A DNA stretch of 64,000 bases from a virus, in the IMG/VR virus record IMGVR_UViG_3300042893_001581, positions 32,001-96,000 of that record; one strand, 5' to 3'. Shown here in pieces: positions 19,454-30,380 of the stretch (the first letter of the stretch is position 1; every line of letters begins with the position of its first letter). Position numbers and translations under genes: made by a program. The notes below the pieces were generated by a model. It was not told where the DNA came from, searched no databases, and saw only the letters and a list, made by a program, of their open reading frames with translations.

Positions 19454-20560
19454 ATGGCCGTATATAAAATATTTGCTTCTTCTGATGCTACTTTATATTC
19501 AAGTAGTCCTGCCGCTAATACAGGTCTTGATGAAATACTAGAAATATCAGTTAAGAATTCAGATAATCCGTCTAACTATTTTGTAGATCCTGTTCCCTCT
19601 GAACCTTTACTTCAAGACAATTTAAGAAGAGCTATTATATCTTTTTCTGATTCAGATATTGCTATATTAAAAACCTACACTACAGGATCATGGAAAACTA
19701 ATTTAAGATTATTTTTAGCTACTGCTGAGAATTTAAATACAACATATAGTTTAGAATTTAGACAAGTTTCTCAGTCTTGGGAAATGGGAACAGGAAAGTT
19801 TGGAGACTCTCCTGAGACTAGAAACGGTGCATGTTGGTATAGTCCTAATCAATTTACAACAGCTTCTAATCAATGGGGAAATGGTGCATTTTATTTAACT
19901 CCTGGTGGTGGATCGTTTACAAATTTAGTAGTTACACAATCATTTAATTATCCAGATAATAAAGATATAAATGTAGATGTTAGCTCTATAGTTGATACTT
20001 GGTTTAGTGGTTCTAGATCAAACTATGGATTTATAGCTAAACATACTAATGCAATTGAACAAAATTCAGGAAGCTATATAGGATTAAGCTTCTTCTCAGT
20101 TGATACACACACAATATATCCTCCGACATTGGAAATAAAGTGGGATGATAGTTCATATTCTACAGGAAGTTTATCTGTAATTAATAGTACCGACAGTGTA
20201 ATTACGCTATCTAATAATTTAGATACTTACAAATATGGTACAGGAAAATACAGGTTTAATATAAATTCAAGGGACAAATATCCTGTAAGAACATTTACTA
20301 CATCCTCTATTTACATCACTAATAAGGCTCTCCCTCAAACATCTTATTGGGCTTTGCAAGATGTAAAGACAAATGATATACTGATAGATTATGACACTTC
20401 GTATACAAAGATTAGCTGTGATGGAATAAATAGTTACTTTAACTTATATATGAACGGATTAGAGCCAGAAAGGTATTATAAGATATTAATTAAAACAGTA
20501 CTATCTGACGGTTCATCTTATGAAATAGATAATAATTTAATATTTAAAGTTACTAGATAA
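19454..20560 (+). CDS. Virion structural protein (DNRLRE-like beta-sandwich)
   Basis: DATLYS..NTGLDEIL..W..G..NYGF..FFS..P.LEI; in the structural operon. Confidence 0.55.
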   Translation: MAVYKIFASSDATLYSSSPAANTGLDEILEISVKNSDNPSNYFVDPVPSEPLLQDNLRRAIISFSDSDIAILKTYTTGSWKTNLRLFLATAENLNTTYSLEFRQVSQSWEMGTGKFGDSPETRNGACWYSPNQFTTASNQWGNGAFYLTPGGGSFTNLVVTQSFNYPDNKDINVDVSSIVDTWFSGSRSNYGFIAKHTNAIEQNSGSYIGLSFFSVDTHTIYPPTLEIKWDDSSYSTGSLSVINSTDSVITLSNNLDTYKYGTGKYRFNINSRDKYPVRTFTTSSIYITNKALPQTSYWALQDVKTNDILIDYDTSYTKISCDGINSYFNLYMNGLEPERYYKILIKTVLSDGSSYEIDNNLIFKVTR

Positions 20561-20901
20561 TGGCGAATGTAGAAATGGTTAAGGAGATTTATGGACTTAA
20601 TACGTACAGTAAAGCTATAAATACTAATTTTACTGAACTATTACAACCTGCTGTTGTTGAAGCTCCAACTACTGAGATAACAGTTGATCAGTTTTTTGAA
20701 TACTACGACCAATTATTTTTTACTATACCTGTTGATGGTACTATTAACTCTCATACATATTTAGTTGAAACAAGTCAACAATATATAGGAGGATCTGTAA
20801 TAGATGCAGAAAAACAAGCACTAATAGAAGAGATAAATTCTTTACGCCAACAGCTTTTAGATATTAATCAATCGTTTGCAAATATTAATGATATAATATA
20901 A
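20560..20901 (+). CDS. Hypothetical virion protein
   Basis: Coupled ORF in the structural operon. Confidence 0.55.
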   Translation: MANVEMVKEIYGLNTYSKAINTNFTELLQPAVVEAPTTEITVDQFFEYYDQLFFTIPVDGTINSHTYLVETSQQYIGGSVIDAEKQALIEEINSLRQQLLDINQSFANINDII

Positions 20902-23900
20902 TGGAATTAGTTAATATAACATATTCAGGGGAGGGATTTCAATCTCAAGACTTAACTCCATTAGATAAACAATTAGTAACTTCTAATTTTATAAATAGTC
21001 AATTTGGCGCACCAGAAGATTATTTAGAATTATATATCTACGATGAAAATAATAATCTATTAGATTTTGATTATGATGCATTTGATTATTATCCTTATTT
21101 AACAGCAAATCCAAAAAATAATACCTATTCTGTATTAACTTTAGATCCAGAAAAAGATTTAAAAAATAGAGGATATAATAGAGGTAATTTAAATATACAA
21201 TATAATTTTTATAAAAGATTATTTAATTCTGCATTTGGTACTTTTTATTGGATTAAAGAAATATCTCCATCAAGAACTGAATTAAAATTAGCATCGCAAA
21301 CAATAAGTGATGATAGTATTTTAAATGGCTTTTCTCAATATCAATCTTACATAAGTAATAAAAATTATTATCCTGTATTCTATTTGAATTTAGGTAATAA
21401 TCAAACTATAATAGCAAGTAATGTATCATATACAGAAGATGAAGATGGATCTTATTTATTAATAAAACTATATGAGCCACTAGATGCAGATTTTGATTTA
21501 AAATCTCAATTGTGGATAGTAGATAAAGTTGCAGAATCAGTAAGTTATAATGTATCTATTACTGTAGAAGCAGAAAATATAGATCAAGTAAATAGATTAA
21601 GAGGTCCTAATTTTAATGTTCAAATAAATGATAAAAACGGCCAAACTACTCCATATTATAACTACGATAATTTATTAGCGAGCCCAGTAAGTTCTTCTTA
21701 TCAAAAATTATTAAGCTATTATCAAGATAGATCTGTAGCTATAAACGTAGATTATACTAACTTTACAAACTTTGTGCATTTTTCAAGTGCAACGGAAAGA
21801 GTAAACAATTTTGTTTATAAAGTTGGATTGATAGAACAATATAAACAGCAACAATCTAATCAATCTATAATTGCAGGAGGTTCAGGAAATTCATCTTATA
21901 AATCAAATTCTATAGATTCTGCTCAACAAGCTATAGATAATATTATAGAAAAATTTGATACTTATGAATACTTTTTGTATTTTAATTCATCAAGTTTTGC
22001 TTGGCCTAAATCTACAACAACCCAACCTTATCAATTATATTCAGTAACGTCTTCTCAAGTTAGTAACTTTTTAGGATCAACTAGTGCAGTTCCAACGGCA
22101 ACTACTCAATCTTTATTATTTAGTGCATCTTATTATGATTCTACAAATAAAGATCTACTACATAATTCAATACCTCAGTACTTATTAGATGATTCAAACA
22201 ATCAGCCTTTCATTACCTTTATGGATATGATTGGCCAACACTTTGATAATATATGGATCTACTATAAAGATCTTTCTAATAGATACAATGCCACCAATAA
22301 TCCTGATACAGGAATATCATTAGACGTTGTTGGAGACGCACTGAAAGGTCTTGGCATTCAGTTATATACAAATTCAAACGTATCAGATAACCTCTATTAT
22401 ACGTTGTTTGGAATCAATGCAGATGGATCTTTACTTCCTCCAACAGGATCAGAAAAAATAACTTCAATTGGAGGAAAGTATGTTACTTCAAGTTTAGAAA
22501 CGCTTTCTGCAAAAGAGATTCAACAAGAATTATATAAAAGACTCTATCATAATTTACCCTACTTACTAAAAAGTAAAGGTACAGAAAGAGGTGTAAAAGC
22601 GCTTATTAGTACTTTTGGTATTCCTGATGATATATTAACTGTTAGAGAATTTGGGGGAACTCCTATAAATTCTGTAGATGGAGTATTTGATTTAGATTCA
22701 TCTACTTATAAAGTATCTATAGTAACAGGAAGTGGTGGAAATGTAACTGGTAGTTTAACTTTATCTTCTTCATTATTGCATCCGGAAGCAAGTTTACAAT
22801 ATTATCAAAATATTAATAGGATCAATACTACAAATATAGAAGTAGGATTTTCACCAGCAGATACAATTAATAGTAATATAGTTTCTTCTCAAGGATATTT
22901 TAGTATAGATCAATTAATAGGAGCTCCAGAATATCAATATTCTGCATCTTATACTCCTTTAGTAGATTTTAATGAAACATATTTTAGTTCTTATACACAA
23001 AAAAATAGTATTTGGGAATACATAAGATTAATCAAGTTTTATAATAACTCTCTATTTAAAATGATTAAAGACTATGTTCCTGCTAGAGCTAATCTCTCTA
23101 CTGGTATAATAGTTAAGTCACACATGTTAGAGAGAAATAAATATGCTCGTCATGAACCTGATGTAACTTTTAACGATTATTCTCAATCGATAGATACAGC
23201 ATTTATTTCAGGTTCTGATGGTGGATCTGTTATAGGATCTACTTCATTTACAGGAAGTATAATGACTCCTTCAGGATCAGTTCAATTTATAAGTTCTGAT
23301 GGAATAGAAAAATATAATGGTGAATTTAGTGGTTCTACAATAGTAGTAACAAGCGGTCAAGAATTTCCTCAATTTGAAATATCACAGCTTCCTTCAAGTT
23401 CTTTATTTGTAACTTATTCATTAGGAGCACTATATCAAAATGTTAGTCAATCAGTAAGATCTCAAATACTTTGGGATTTAGATTATAATGCCGATCAAAC
23501 TATACCAGTTAACTATGGAATAGTAACTCAATCTATAAATAATTCTCAGATTAATAACTACGCTTCATATACGAATCCTAATAATCCTTACGCTTACGTT
23601 CAAGACTATAACTATAATTTAAAAAGGTCTATATATCCTAGATATGTTGGATCTACAATTAATAGTGCTCAATATAATGTATATACTGCAGGAGATATTT
23701 CATATGGTAAAACTGCAACTATAGATAAAATAAAATATCAATATGCTTATTTAATTGACATATATTCTTCATCTTTTCAATTACCTCGAAGAGCTAATGC
23801 CCAAATTAAATATTTTATAGATAATGATGAAAATGTATTAGATTTAACTAAATTAAATAATAATATATTTACAACTCAAAATGTATTTAAATCAGGAGAA

Positions 23901-24995
23901 ACTTTAGATGTTTCTTTATTTGATTATGATAATACAAATCCTTATATTCAAAAACTAACAGATAATAATACATTTACTATATATGAAGGTGGATATAGAT
24001 ACAGCCCTATTTTATTTAATGTAGGAGGTAGTGGAAGTATGAATTACGTATTAGATGAACCTATACAAGTTACCAGCTCAGTTACTATACCTTCTACAAC
24101 ACCTTTATCTCCAGGAAATACTAATTATTGGACAATAAATAATTCTGATTTAGATCTATATAAACCTAATGCATTTGCACCTTTATTACTACAAATAACT
24201 GGAAGTTCTGTAGTAGGTGGGTCTTCTACAGCGGCGGTAAATATATCTTTACAAGTAAGAAATACCTCAGCAAGAAATAATGTATTCTATAATGTACCAG
24301 AATTTCAAATACCACAATCAGTTTCTAACTATAAATTCACTATTAATTTACCAAGTAGTACTTACTCTGACTGGGTTGCAGATGATATTGTTGTTGTTAA
24401 TAGTTTATCTGAGGTTCAATTTAATCCAAATGGAGGAGGGACAGTTGATTCTGTAGAGTTTATAACAAGTATAACAGATCGAGATACATGTTGGGTTGCA
24501 ATAGATCCAAGAACTATAAAAATGTCTCTTACTCAATCTGCATATTATGATGAAGGTTTTATTTTCACAGGTAGTTATCCAGGTATAGAAACGCCTGTAT
24601 TTGATTTCACTTTAAATCAAATGGATTTATTAAGATTTTATAATACAGGAAGTGGATGGTCAATAAATTCTGAATATAGAGTATCGTCAGTTCAACCATA
24701 TATAGATTCAACTGGGTCCTACTATAGTATAACTATTGATAGAGATCTTAATTTATCGGACACATCTGGATCTTCATATCCTGCAAAAATTTGCAAGTAT
24801 ATTATTCTAAAAAGACTTCCTGATGAAACTAATGTTATATTAAATTATAATTTAGGGACTCCTATAACTCAAGACGGAATATTATTTCCTCAATATATAG
24901 ATCCTATAGTAAGAGACAATTCTGGTAATGTAATTAAATCCTTAAGGCAGCAAAATTTAATCAATCCAGATACAAATACATTAATTTTCCAATAA
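20901..24995 (+). CDS. Large baseplate/virion structural protein
   Basis: 1364 aa; MIGQHFD and LLKSKGTERGV..LI..FG (baseplate wedge/P2 gpI-like motif). Confidence 0.65.
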   Translation: MELVNITYSGEGFQSQDLTPLDKQLVTSNFINSQFGAPEDYLELYIYDENNNLLDFDYDAFDYYPYLTANPKNNTYSVLTLDPEKDLKNRGYNRGNLNIQYNFYKRLFNSAFGTFYWIKEISPSRTELKLASQTISDDSILNGFSQYQSYISNKNYYPVFYLNLGNNQTIIASNVSYTEDEDGSYLLIKLYEPLDADFDLKSQLWIVDKVAESVSYNVSITVEAENIDQVNRLRGPNFNVQINDKNGQTTPYYNYDNLLASPVSSSYQKLLSYYQDRSVAINVDYTNFTNFVHFSSATERVNNFVYKVGLIEQYKQQQSNQSIIAGGSGNSSYKSNSIDSAQQAIDNIIEKFDTYEYFLYFNSSSFAWPKSTTTQPYQLYSVTSSQVSNFLGSTSAVPTATTQSLLFSASYYDSTNKDLLHNSIPQYLLDDSNNQPFITFMDMIGQHFDNIWIYYKDLSNRYNATNNPDTGISLDVVGDALKGLGIQLYTNSNVSDNLYYTLFGINADGSLLPPTGSEKITSIGGKYVTSSLETLSAKEIQQELYKRLYHNLPYLLKSKGTERGVKALISTFGIPDDILTVREFGGTPINSVDGVFDLDSSTYKVSIVTGSGGNVTGSLTLSSSLLHPEASLQYYQNINRINTTNIEVGFSPADTINSNIVSSQGYFSIDQLIGAPEYQYSASYTPLVDFNETYFSSYTQKNSIWEYIRLIKFYNNSLFKMIKDYVPARANLSTGIIVKSHMLERNKYARHEPDVTFNDYSQSIDTAFISGSDGGSVIGSTSFTGSIMTPSGSVQFISSDGIEKYNGEFSGSTIVVTSGQEFPQFEISQLPSSSLFVTYSLGALYQNVSQSVRSQILWDLDYNADQTIPVNYGIVTQSINNSQINNYASYTNPNNPYAYVQDYNYNLKRSIYPRYVGSTINSAQYNVYTAGDISYGKTATIDKIKYQYAYLIDIYSSSFQLPRRANAQIKYFIDNDENVLDLTKLNNNIFTTQNVFKSGETLDVSLFDYDNTNPYIQKLTDNNTFTIYEGGYRYSPILFNVGGSGSMNYVLDEPIQVTSSVTIPSTTPLSPGNTNYWTINNSDLDLYKPNAFAPLLLQITGSSVVGGSSTAAVNISLQVRNTSARNNVFYNVPEFQIPQSVSNYKFTINLPSSTYSDWVADDIVVVNSLSEVQFNPNGGGTVDSVEFITSITDRDTCWVAIDPRTIKMSLTQSAYYDEGFIFTGSYPGIETPVFDFTLNQMDLLRFYNTGSGWSINSEYRVSSVQPYIDSTGSYYSITIDRDLNLSDTSGSSYPAKICKYIILKRLPDETNVILNYNLGTPITQDGILFPQYIDPIVRDNSGNVIKSLRQQNLINPDTNTLIFQ

Positions 24996-25022
24996 CACAT
25001 ATTTATTTAAAAGCCCATTTAT

Positions 25023-25682
25023 ATGTCATATTTAAGTAGTACATCAGTAGTAGTAGATGCTATCCTTACTAAAAAAGGTAGAGAACTCCTTTCCAGAAAT
25101 GATGGATCATTTAGAATTACTCAGTTTTCTTTAGCTGATGATGAGATCGATTATACTCTATATAACCCCACCCACCCATCAGGATCTGCATTTTATGGTG
25201 AGGCTATTGAAGCGATGCCAATTATTCAAGCATATCCTAATGATATGGAAATCATGAAGTATAAGCTTATTACGCTTCCAAGAGGCACTGCAAAAATTCC
25301 AGTATTAGATCTTGGATATACGGCAATTACAATAAAACAAGGAGCTTCTTTAGCAATTACTCCTCAAACATTAAATTATCTTGGAGCAACATCAACCTTT
25401 GAACAATCAGGATATGTAGCTACAATTGGTGATGTAAGAACAATGAGTTCATTTAATGGAGTTGGTATTAATACTCCTGAAGCTACGTCATTAAATAGTA
25501 CAACAACTATAGGTACTAACGTAAGTAAGACAGTTATAGGAACAACAATTAATTTAACTGCAACCACGGTTAATACTTTATTTGGCTCTAATACATCTTT
25601 ATTTACTACCTTAGTCGTAGTAGGTCGTGATTCTGGCGCTAGAATTAGTATTCCTGTAACAATCGTAAAGGTAACCTCATAA
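25023..25682 (+). CDS. Virion structural protein
   Basis: VDAILTKKGRELL..ITQFSLADDEIDY; preceded by ATATTTAT. Confidence 0.6.
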   Translation: MSYLSSTSVVVDAILTKKGRELLSRNDGSFRITQFSLADDEIDYTLYNPTHPSGSAFYGEAIEAMPIIQAYPNDMEIMKYKLITLPRGTAKIPVLDLGYTAITIKQGASLAITPQTLNYLGATSTFEQSGYVATIGDVRTMSSFNGVGINTPEATSLNSTTTIGTNVSKTVIGTTINLTATTVNTLFGSNTSLFTTLVVVGRDSGARISIPVTIVKVTS

Positions 25683-25693
25683 TATATTAAAAT

Positions 25694-26728
25694 ATGTCAT
25701 TTACAAGATTAGATCCTACAGATTTTGTGGTATCTGCCGACTCAGTAACGGCACCAGCATGGAGTAATAATGTAACTACTCTTACTAGTTTTTTTACAGC
25801 TTCTGCATCAACTACGGGTAGTTATTACGTTGATGTATATGATGGAAATATAAGTTCTCCATCTGCATCAGTTCAATTCTCAGTAGCTTATGGACATTAT
25901 GCTGGATCTGGATCTTTAGCTCTAAATAGTTTAGTGCTAGGAAAAAGCCCAACTAGAATTACATTTGGCCAATTTAGAAATTTAATTTATGGAGATGCAG
26001 AAAGTGCTGTAAATTTTGGTACGGGAAATGTTGATTCAGATGATTTAATAGCTATTCAAATAGATAGAAATAGATATAAAGAGAGTTTATTCCCAGGTAC
26101 TTTTAATTTAACTTTACTTAATGGTGCCAACGGTCCTATTAAATTAACTGATAACTCAAATGATGTAAGTACTATAACATATTTAGACGGTGGAAGAGTT
26201 TATAATATAGTATCTGGTTCTAATGGAACGGCTAAAAATAGTCCAACTTTATCTGGAGCAACTCAAGGAAATACTGTGTCAGGAAGTTATGGTTTATTTT
26301 TACCTGACATTGGATTAATTCTTTTAAACCCTAGAGCTTTATCTTTGGGCACTGCTGCTGGTGGAATTGTTACTTCATTCAATACAACAGCAAATACAGT
26401 AGCTGCATCTAGTGCAAATAATAATTTAATCTATGCTATAATTAATTCTGGTTCTAATTTTCAACTTAATTCTCAAGAAACAATCTCTTCTGATTATGTA
26501 TTTGTAAGATTTAAAAATGCTGACTATAACTATACTACTAATCCTTCATTTATAACGGGTTCTGGTGAATTAATATATTCTAATTTCATTAATAGTCCTC
26601 AAACATATCCTACAACTGTTGGATTGTATAACGATAACAATGAATTATTAGCAGTAGCTAAAATGTCTAAACCTCTTACAAAAGACTTTACTAAAGAGGC
26701 TCTTATTAGAGTTAAATTAGATTGGTAG
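25694..26728 (+). CDS. Virion structural protein with C-terminal TTVGLYND..ELLAVAK domain
   Basis: Full-length paralog of the split pair 26752-28797 + 31254-31553. Confidence 0.65.
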   Translation: MSFTRLDPTDFVVSADSVTAPAWSNNVTTLTSFFTASASTTGSYYVDVYDGNISSPSASVQFSVAYGHYAGSGSLALNSLVLGKSPTRITFGQFRNLIYGDAESAVNFGTGNVDSDDLIAIQIDRNRYKESLFPGTFNLTLLNGANGPIKLTDNSNDVSTITYLDGGRVYNIVSGSNGTAKNSPTLSGATQGNTVSGSYGLFLPDIGLILLNPRALSLGTAAGGIVTSFNTTANTVAASSANNNLIYAIINSGSNFQLNSQETISSDYVFVRFKNADYNYTTNPSFITGSGELIYSNFINSPQTYPTTVGLYNDNNELLAVAKMSKPLTKDFTKEALIRVKLDW

Positions 26729-26751
26729 TAAAATACTACAATAGTTTATAA

Positions 26752-28797
26752 ATGGGAATGTCAAAAAATACTCTTGATAGATCAGATATTTCTACTTTTC
26801 CTATAAAGTTAAAATATTCTTCATCTTATGCAAGTTCATCTGCTGTAAGTTATGGAATAACTTTAAATAGAGGAATTAATGGATCTTTTAATTCTGACGG
26901 AGAAGATTTTCTAGTATATAAATTAGCTAAACAACTATATTATAATTCTTATTTAACTGGATCTTTAAATAATACTGCAAGTGCTTGGAATGACAATTTA
27001 CAATCCACGGCAGCATCAGGTACTTTTGATAATGATTATAGATATTTTCCAACTACATCGGGTGATGAAATAACAGTATTAGCAATACCTAGGACTGTTT
27101 TTGGTGAAAATATAAGTAGAAAAAGTTTTGTATTATCAGGAACTACTTATAATTTAATTGATGACGGTAATGGAAATGTTATAGATGTAAATAATAATAA
27201 CGTACATGTAGGAAATATATTATATGCTCAAGGAATAGTTATTATTACAAATTTAGATTATGAGTATGCTCTAATACAAACAACGACAACGACAACTACT
27301 ACTAGTACTACATCAACTACTACTACTGCGGCACCTACAACCACTACTACTAGTACAACAACTAGTACAACTACGGCTGCGCCGACTACTACTACTAGTA
27401 CAACAACTAGTACAACTACGGCTGCGCCGACTACTACTACTAGTACAACAACTAGTACAACTACGGCAGAGCCGACTACTACTACTAGTACAACAACTAG
27501 TACAACTACGGCAGAGCCGACTACTACTACTAGTACAACAACTAGTACAACAACAGAAACTCCAACAACTACCACAACTACTAGTACAACCACTAGTACA
27601 ACAACTGTTGCATCTACAAACCATTTTAGAAGTGTAACTCCTCAAAGTAGTGCTGCTAACGCTTGTCTACAAAGTACACCGAATGATATCTATACTTCTG
27701 TAGCAACATCTACTATGGCAAACAGTATTGTATTCTATTCAGATGCTAATTTAAACACTGTTTTTAATGGTGCAAGCCAATGGTTCAAAATATTATGGAA
27801 AGGATCTGTAGGATTTGATGATATTTATGCAGTACAAATTAATTCGTCAGGTGTAGTGTTAAATTGGGAATACTGCCCAACAACTACCACAACAACTAGT
27901 ACAACAACAGGAGTTCCTACAACCACTACAACTAGTACAACGACTAGTACAACAACAGAAGTTCCTACAACCACTACAACTAGTACAACGACTAGTACAA
28001 CTACAGCAGCTTGTTATGAATATGTAGCAACGGCAGGCCAAACAGATATAGATAATTCAGATAATGGAACTGTTTATTTTAACTATACAGATTGTGATGG
28101 AAATCCTCAAACTCTTAGCAGAGGAACAACTACTCCAAGCAATCCAGTTTGTGCTATAAATGTAGGAAGTGTTTATATATTAATAGGAGGAAATCAATCC
28201 GCAGCTGGAAGCAGTTCATGGAGTACACCTGGAACACAGTGTAATGGAGCTCCAACGACCACAACTACTAGCACTACAACAGAAGCTCCGACAACAACTA
28301 CTACTAGCACGACTACTAGTACTACAACTGTAGTACCTACTACAACAACGACTAGTACAACTACATCAACAACAACAGAAACTCCAACAACAACTACTAC
28401 TAGTACAACAACTAGTACTACAACTGCAGAACCAACTACAACTACAACGACAACTAGTACAACTACATCAACAACTACAGCAGAGCCTACTACAACCACA
28501 ACAAGTACAACTACAACAACTACAACTATAGCTTGTTATGAATATATAGCTACAGCAGATCAAACAGATATAGATAATTCTGATAACGGAACTGTTTATT
28601 TTGAGTATGTTGATTGTGATGGAGTAACCCAAACACTAACTAGAGGAACAACAACTCCAAGTGATCCGGTATGTGCAAGAAGCGTAGGATCAGTTTATAT
28701 ATTAATAGGAGGAAATGCATCAGCTGCAGGTGGTAGTTCTTGGAGCGTACCTGGTACACAATGTAATCCTGGTGGCGGTGGTGGAGGTGGAGCGTAA
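26752..28797 (+). CDS. Virion protein with mucin-like Thr-rich stalks and Cys-rich domains
   Basis: N-terminal ~175 aa paralogous to 25694-26728; then three poly-Thr/Ser/Pro tracts separating one unique and two duplicated Cys domains; ends PGGGGGGA. Confidence 0.75.
   Translation: MGMSKNTLDRSDISTFPIKLKYSSSYASSSAVSYGITLNRGINGSFNSDGEDFLVYKLAKQLYYNSYLTGSLNNTASAWNDNLQSTAASGTFDNDYRYFPTTSGDEITVLAIPRTVFGENISRKSFVLSGTTYNLIDDGNGNVIDVNNNNVHVGNILYAQGIVIITNLDYEYALIQTTTTTTTTSTTSTTTTAAPTTTTTSTTTSTTTAAPTTTTSTTTSTTTAAPTTTTSTTTSTTTAEPTTTTSTTTSTTTAEPTTTTSTTTSTTTETPTTTTTTSTTTSTTTVASTNHFRSVTPQSSAANACLQSTPNDIYTSVATSTMANSIVFYSDANLNTVFNGASQWFKILWKGSVGFDDIYAVQINSSGVVLNWEYCPTTTTTTSTTTGVPTTTTTSTTTSTTTEVPTTTTTSTTTSTTTAACYEYVATAGQTDIDNSDNGTVYFNYTDCDGNPQTLSRGTTTPSNPVCAINVGSVYILIGGNQSAAGSSSWSTPGTQCNGAPTTTTTSTTTEAPTTTTTSTTTSTTTVVPTTTTTSTTTSTTTETPTTTTTSTTTSTTTAEPTTTTTTTSTTTSTTTAEPTTTTTSTTTTTTTIACYEYIATADQTDIDNSDNGTVYFEYVDCDGVTQTLTRGTTTPSDPVCARSVGSVYILIGGNASAAGGSSWSVPGTQCNPGGGGGGGA
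27376..27555 (+). repeat. Near-perfect 45-bp tandem repeat (about 4 copies) encoding A(A/E)PTTTTSTTTSTTT
   Basis: Units start at 27376, 27421, 27466 and 27511. Confidence 0.9.
28009..28770 (+). repeat. Duplicated ~80-aa four-Cys domain (about 28009-28246 and 28531-28767)
   Basis: ACYEY.ATA.QTDIDNSDNGTVYF.Y.DCDG..VCA..PGTQCN occurs twice. Confidence 0.9.
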
Positions 28798-28836
28798 CAA
28801 CTTTCACAATATTTATTAATATAAAATAAAACTGTT

Positions 28837-29793
28837 ATGAAAAATTTACGTTATATTTGTGCTCAACCTAGATTGGTTTATTATGCTTGGCAAGTAGAAG
28901 TTATGATTAATAATTTCATTAAGAATGGAATTAATCCTAATAATATAGATATTCTTGTAGCTTGGAATCCTAATGATGATACAAGTAAGCCAGAGACTAT
29001 TGAGATGTGGAATAAACTTACAGCTCATTATAATACTGTCAGATTCTTTTTTTATGAAGATACTAGGAAAAAGCCTATACACTACATTTCATCCATTAGG
29101 CCAAACATACTGAAGCAACACTTTAAAGCTCACCCTGAATTAAAAGACGAGGCAATATTTTATCATGATTGTGATATTTTATTTACTAAGCCTGTTGATT
29201 GGACTAATCTATTAAATGATGATATTTGGTATTTAAGTGATACCAATAGTTATATAAACTCCTCGTACATACTTTCTAAGGGTGAGGATGTTTACAACAA
29301 GATGTGTGAGATTGTTGGTATAGATTCAATAGTACCAAAACTAATGAACTCTAATTCAGGTGGTGCACAGTACATACTAAAAAATGTAGGTTGGGAATAT
29401 TGGACAAAAGTAGAACAAGATTCTGAAAACTTATTTTACCAAATAAATCAACTAAATCATAAGAAGAAAGAAGAAGATCCATCTCATCATGAACTTCAAA
29501 TATGGTGTGCAGATATGTGGGCCGTGTTGTGGAACGGGTGGCTTTGGGGTAATGAAACAAAGGTAATTAAAGAAATGGATTTTAGTTGGGCAACAGATTC
29601 AGAAGAACGATTTAATGAAACAAATATATTTCATAATGCAGGAGTAACTTGTTCTTGTGGAGGAAAGTTTTATAAAGCTAACTATAGAGATTCACTTCCT
29701 TATAATTTAGATCTTAGAATAAAAGAAGGAATGGCAAGTTATAAATACTATCAAGAAATTCAAGAAGTAGAAAAAAAATCTTCTTTATTGTGA
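28837..29793 (+). CDS. Putative peptide O-glycosyltransferase (HPAT/SGT1, GT95/GT96-like)
   Basis: YYAWQ, SIRP..LKQHF, DxD motif (HDCD.LF.KP), WCADMWA; resembles the YxxWQ / NxP / DxD / WxxEMY motifs of plant HPAT/SGT. Confidence 0.55.
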   Translation: MKNLRYICAQPRLVYYAWQVEVMINNFIKNGINPNNIDILVAWNPNDDTSKPETIEMWNKLTAHYNTVRFFFYEDTRKKPIHYISSIRPNILKQHFKAHPELKDEAIFYHDCDILFTKPVDWTNLLNDDIWYLSDTNSYINSSYILSKGEDVYNKMCEIVGIDSIVPKLMNSNSGGAQYILKNVGWEYWTKVEQDSENLFYQINQLNHKKKEEDPSHHELQIWCADMWAVLWNGWLWGNETKVIKEMDFSWATDSEERFNETNIFHNAGVTCSCGGKFYKANYRDSLPYNLDLRIKEGMASYKYYQEIQEVEKKSSLL

Positions 29794-29804
29794 TTAAATA
29801 AATT

Positions 29805-30380
29805 ATGAAAATAGAATTTATAATATCAACTCATGGTAGAGTTAATAACTTAAATATGTCTTTAGGTTGTTTACAAAGTCAAACAAATAAAAATTGGGTA
29901 GCTAATATTATAGTTGACGGAATTAAAGATCCATACATTGAGTGTGAAAAATATTTTTCAAATGATGATAGAATAATATTTAATTATTTGGAAAAAAATT
30001 ATAATGACTTTGGGAATACTCCAAAAAATATAGGATTGCAATCAGCAAAAGAAGAATTAGTTATTATGACTAGCGATGATAATTATTACGTTGCATCTTT
30101 TGTTCAAGAAGTATTAAATAATTATTCGGAAAATATTAATTTTATTTATTGTGATATGATACATAATGGATATGATTATAAATTTTTTGAAACGTACCAC
30201 TCATCTCATAGAATAGATATTGGTATAATGATTATGAAAACAAAATTTGCTAAACAATTAAAATTAACAGAAAACAGAATAGACTCAGATGGAATTTTTT
30301 GTCATGAATATACTTCTAAATTTTGTCAAAATGAAGGGTCAATTAAAAAAATAAATAAAATTTTATATGCTCATAATTAA
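29805..30380 (+). CDS. Glycosyltransferase family 2
   Basis: IISTHGR..QSQT..W..IIVDG; TSDDNYY. Confidence 0.8.
   Translation: MKIEFIISTHGRVNNLNMSLGCLQSQTNKNWVANIIVDGIKDPYIECEKYFSNDDRIIFNYLEKNYNDFGNTPKNIGLQSAKEELVIMTSDDNYYVASFVQEVLNNYSENINFIYCDMIHNGYDYKFFETYHSSHRIDIGIMIMKTKFAKQLKLTENRIDSDGIFCHEYTSKFCQNEGSIKKINKILYAHN

Noticed and set aside
27258-28499. Minus-strand Val-rich and Cys/Ser-rich ORFs
   Set aside because: Antisense shadows of the poly-Thr repeats.
28009-28770. Diversity-generating retroelement TR/VR pair
   Set aside because: Both copies are in-frame coding, the differences are not adenine-specific, and there is no reverse transcriptase in the window.
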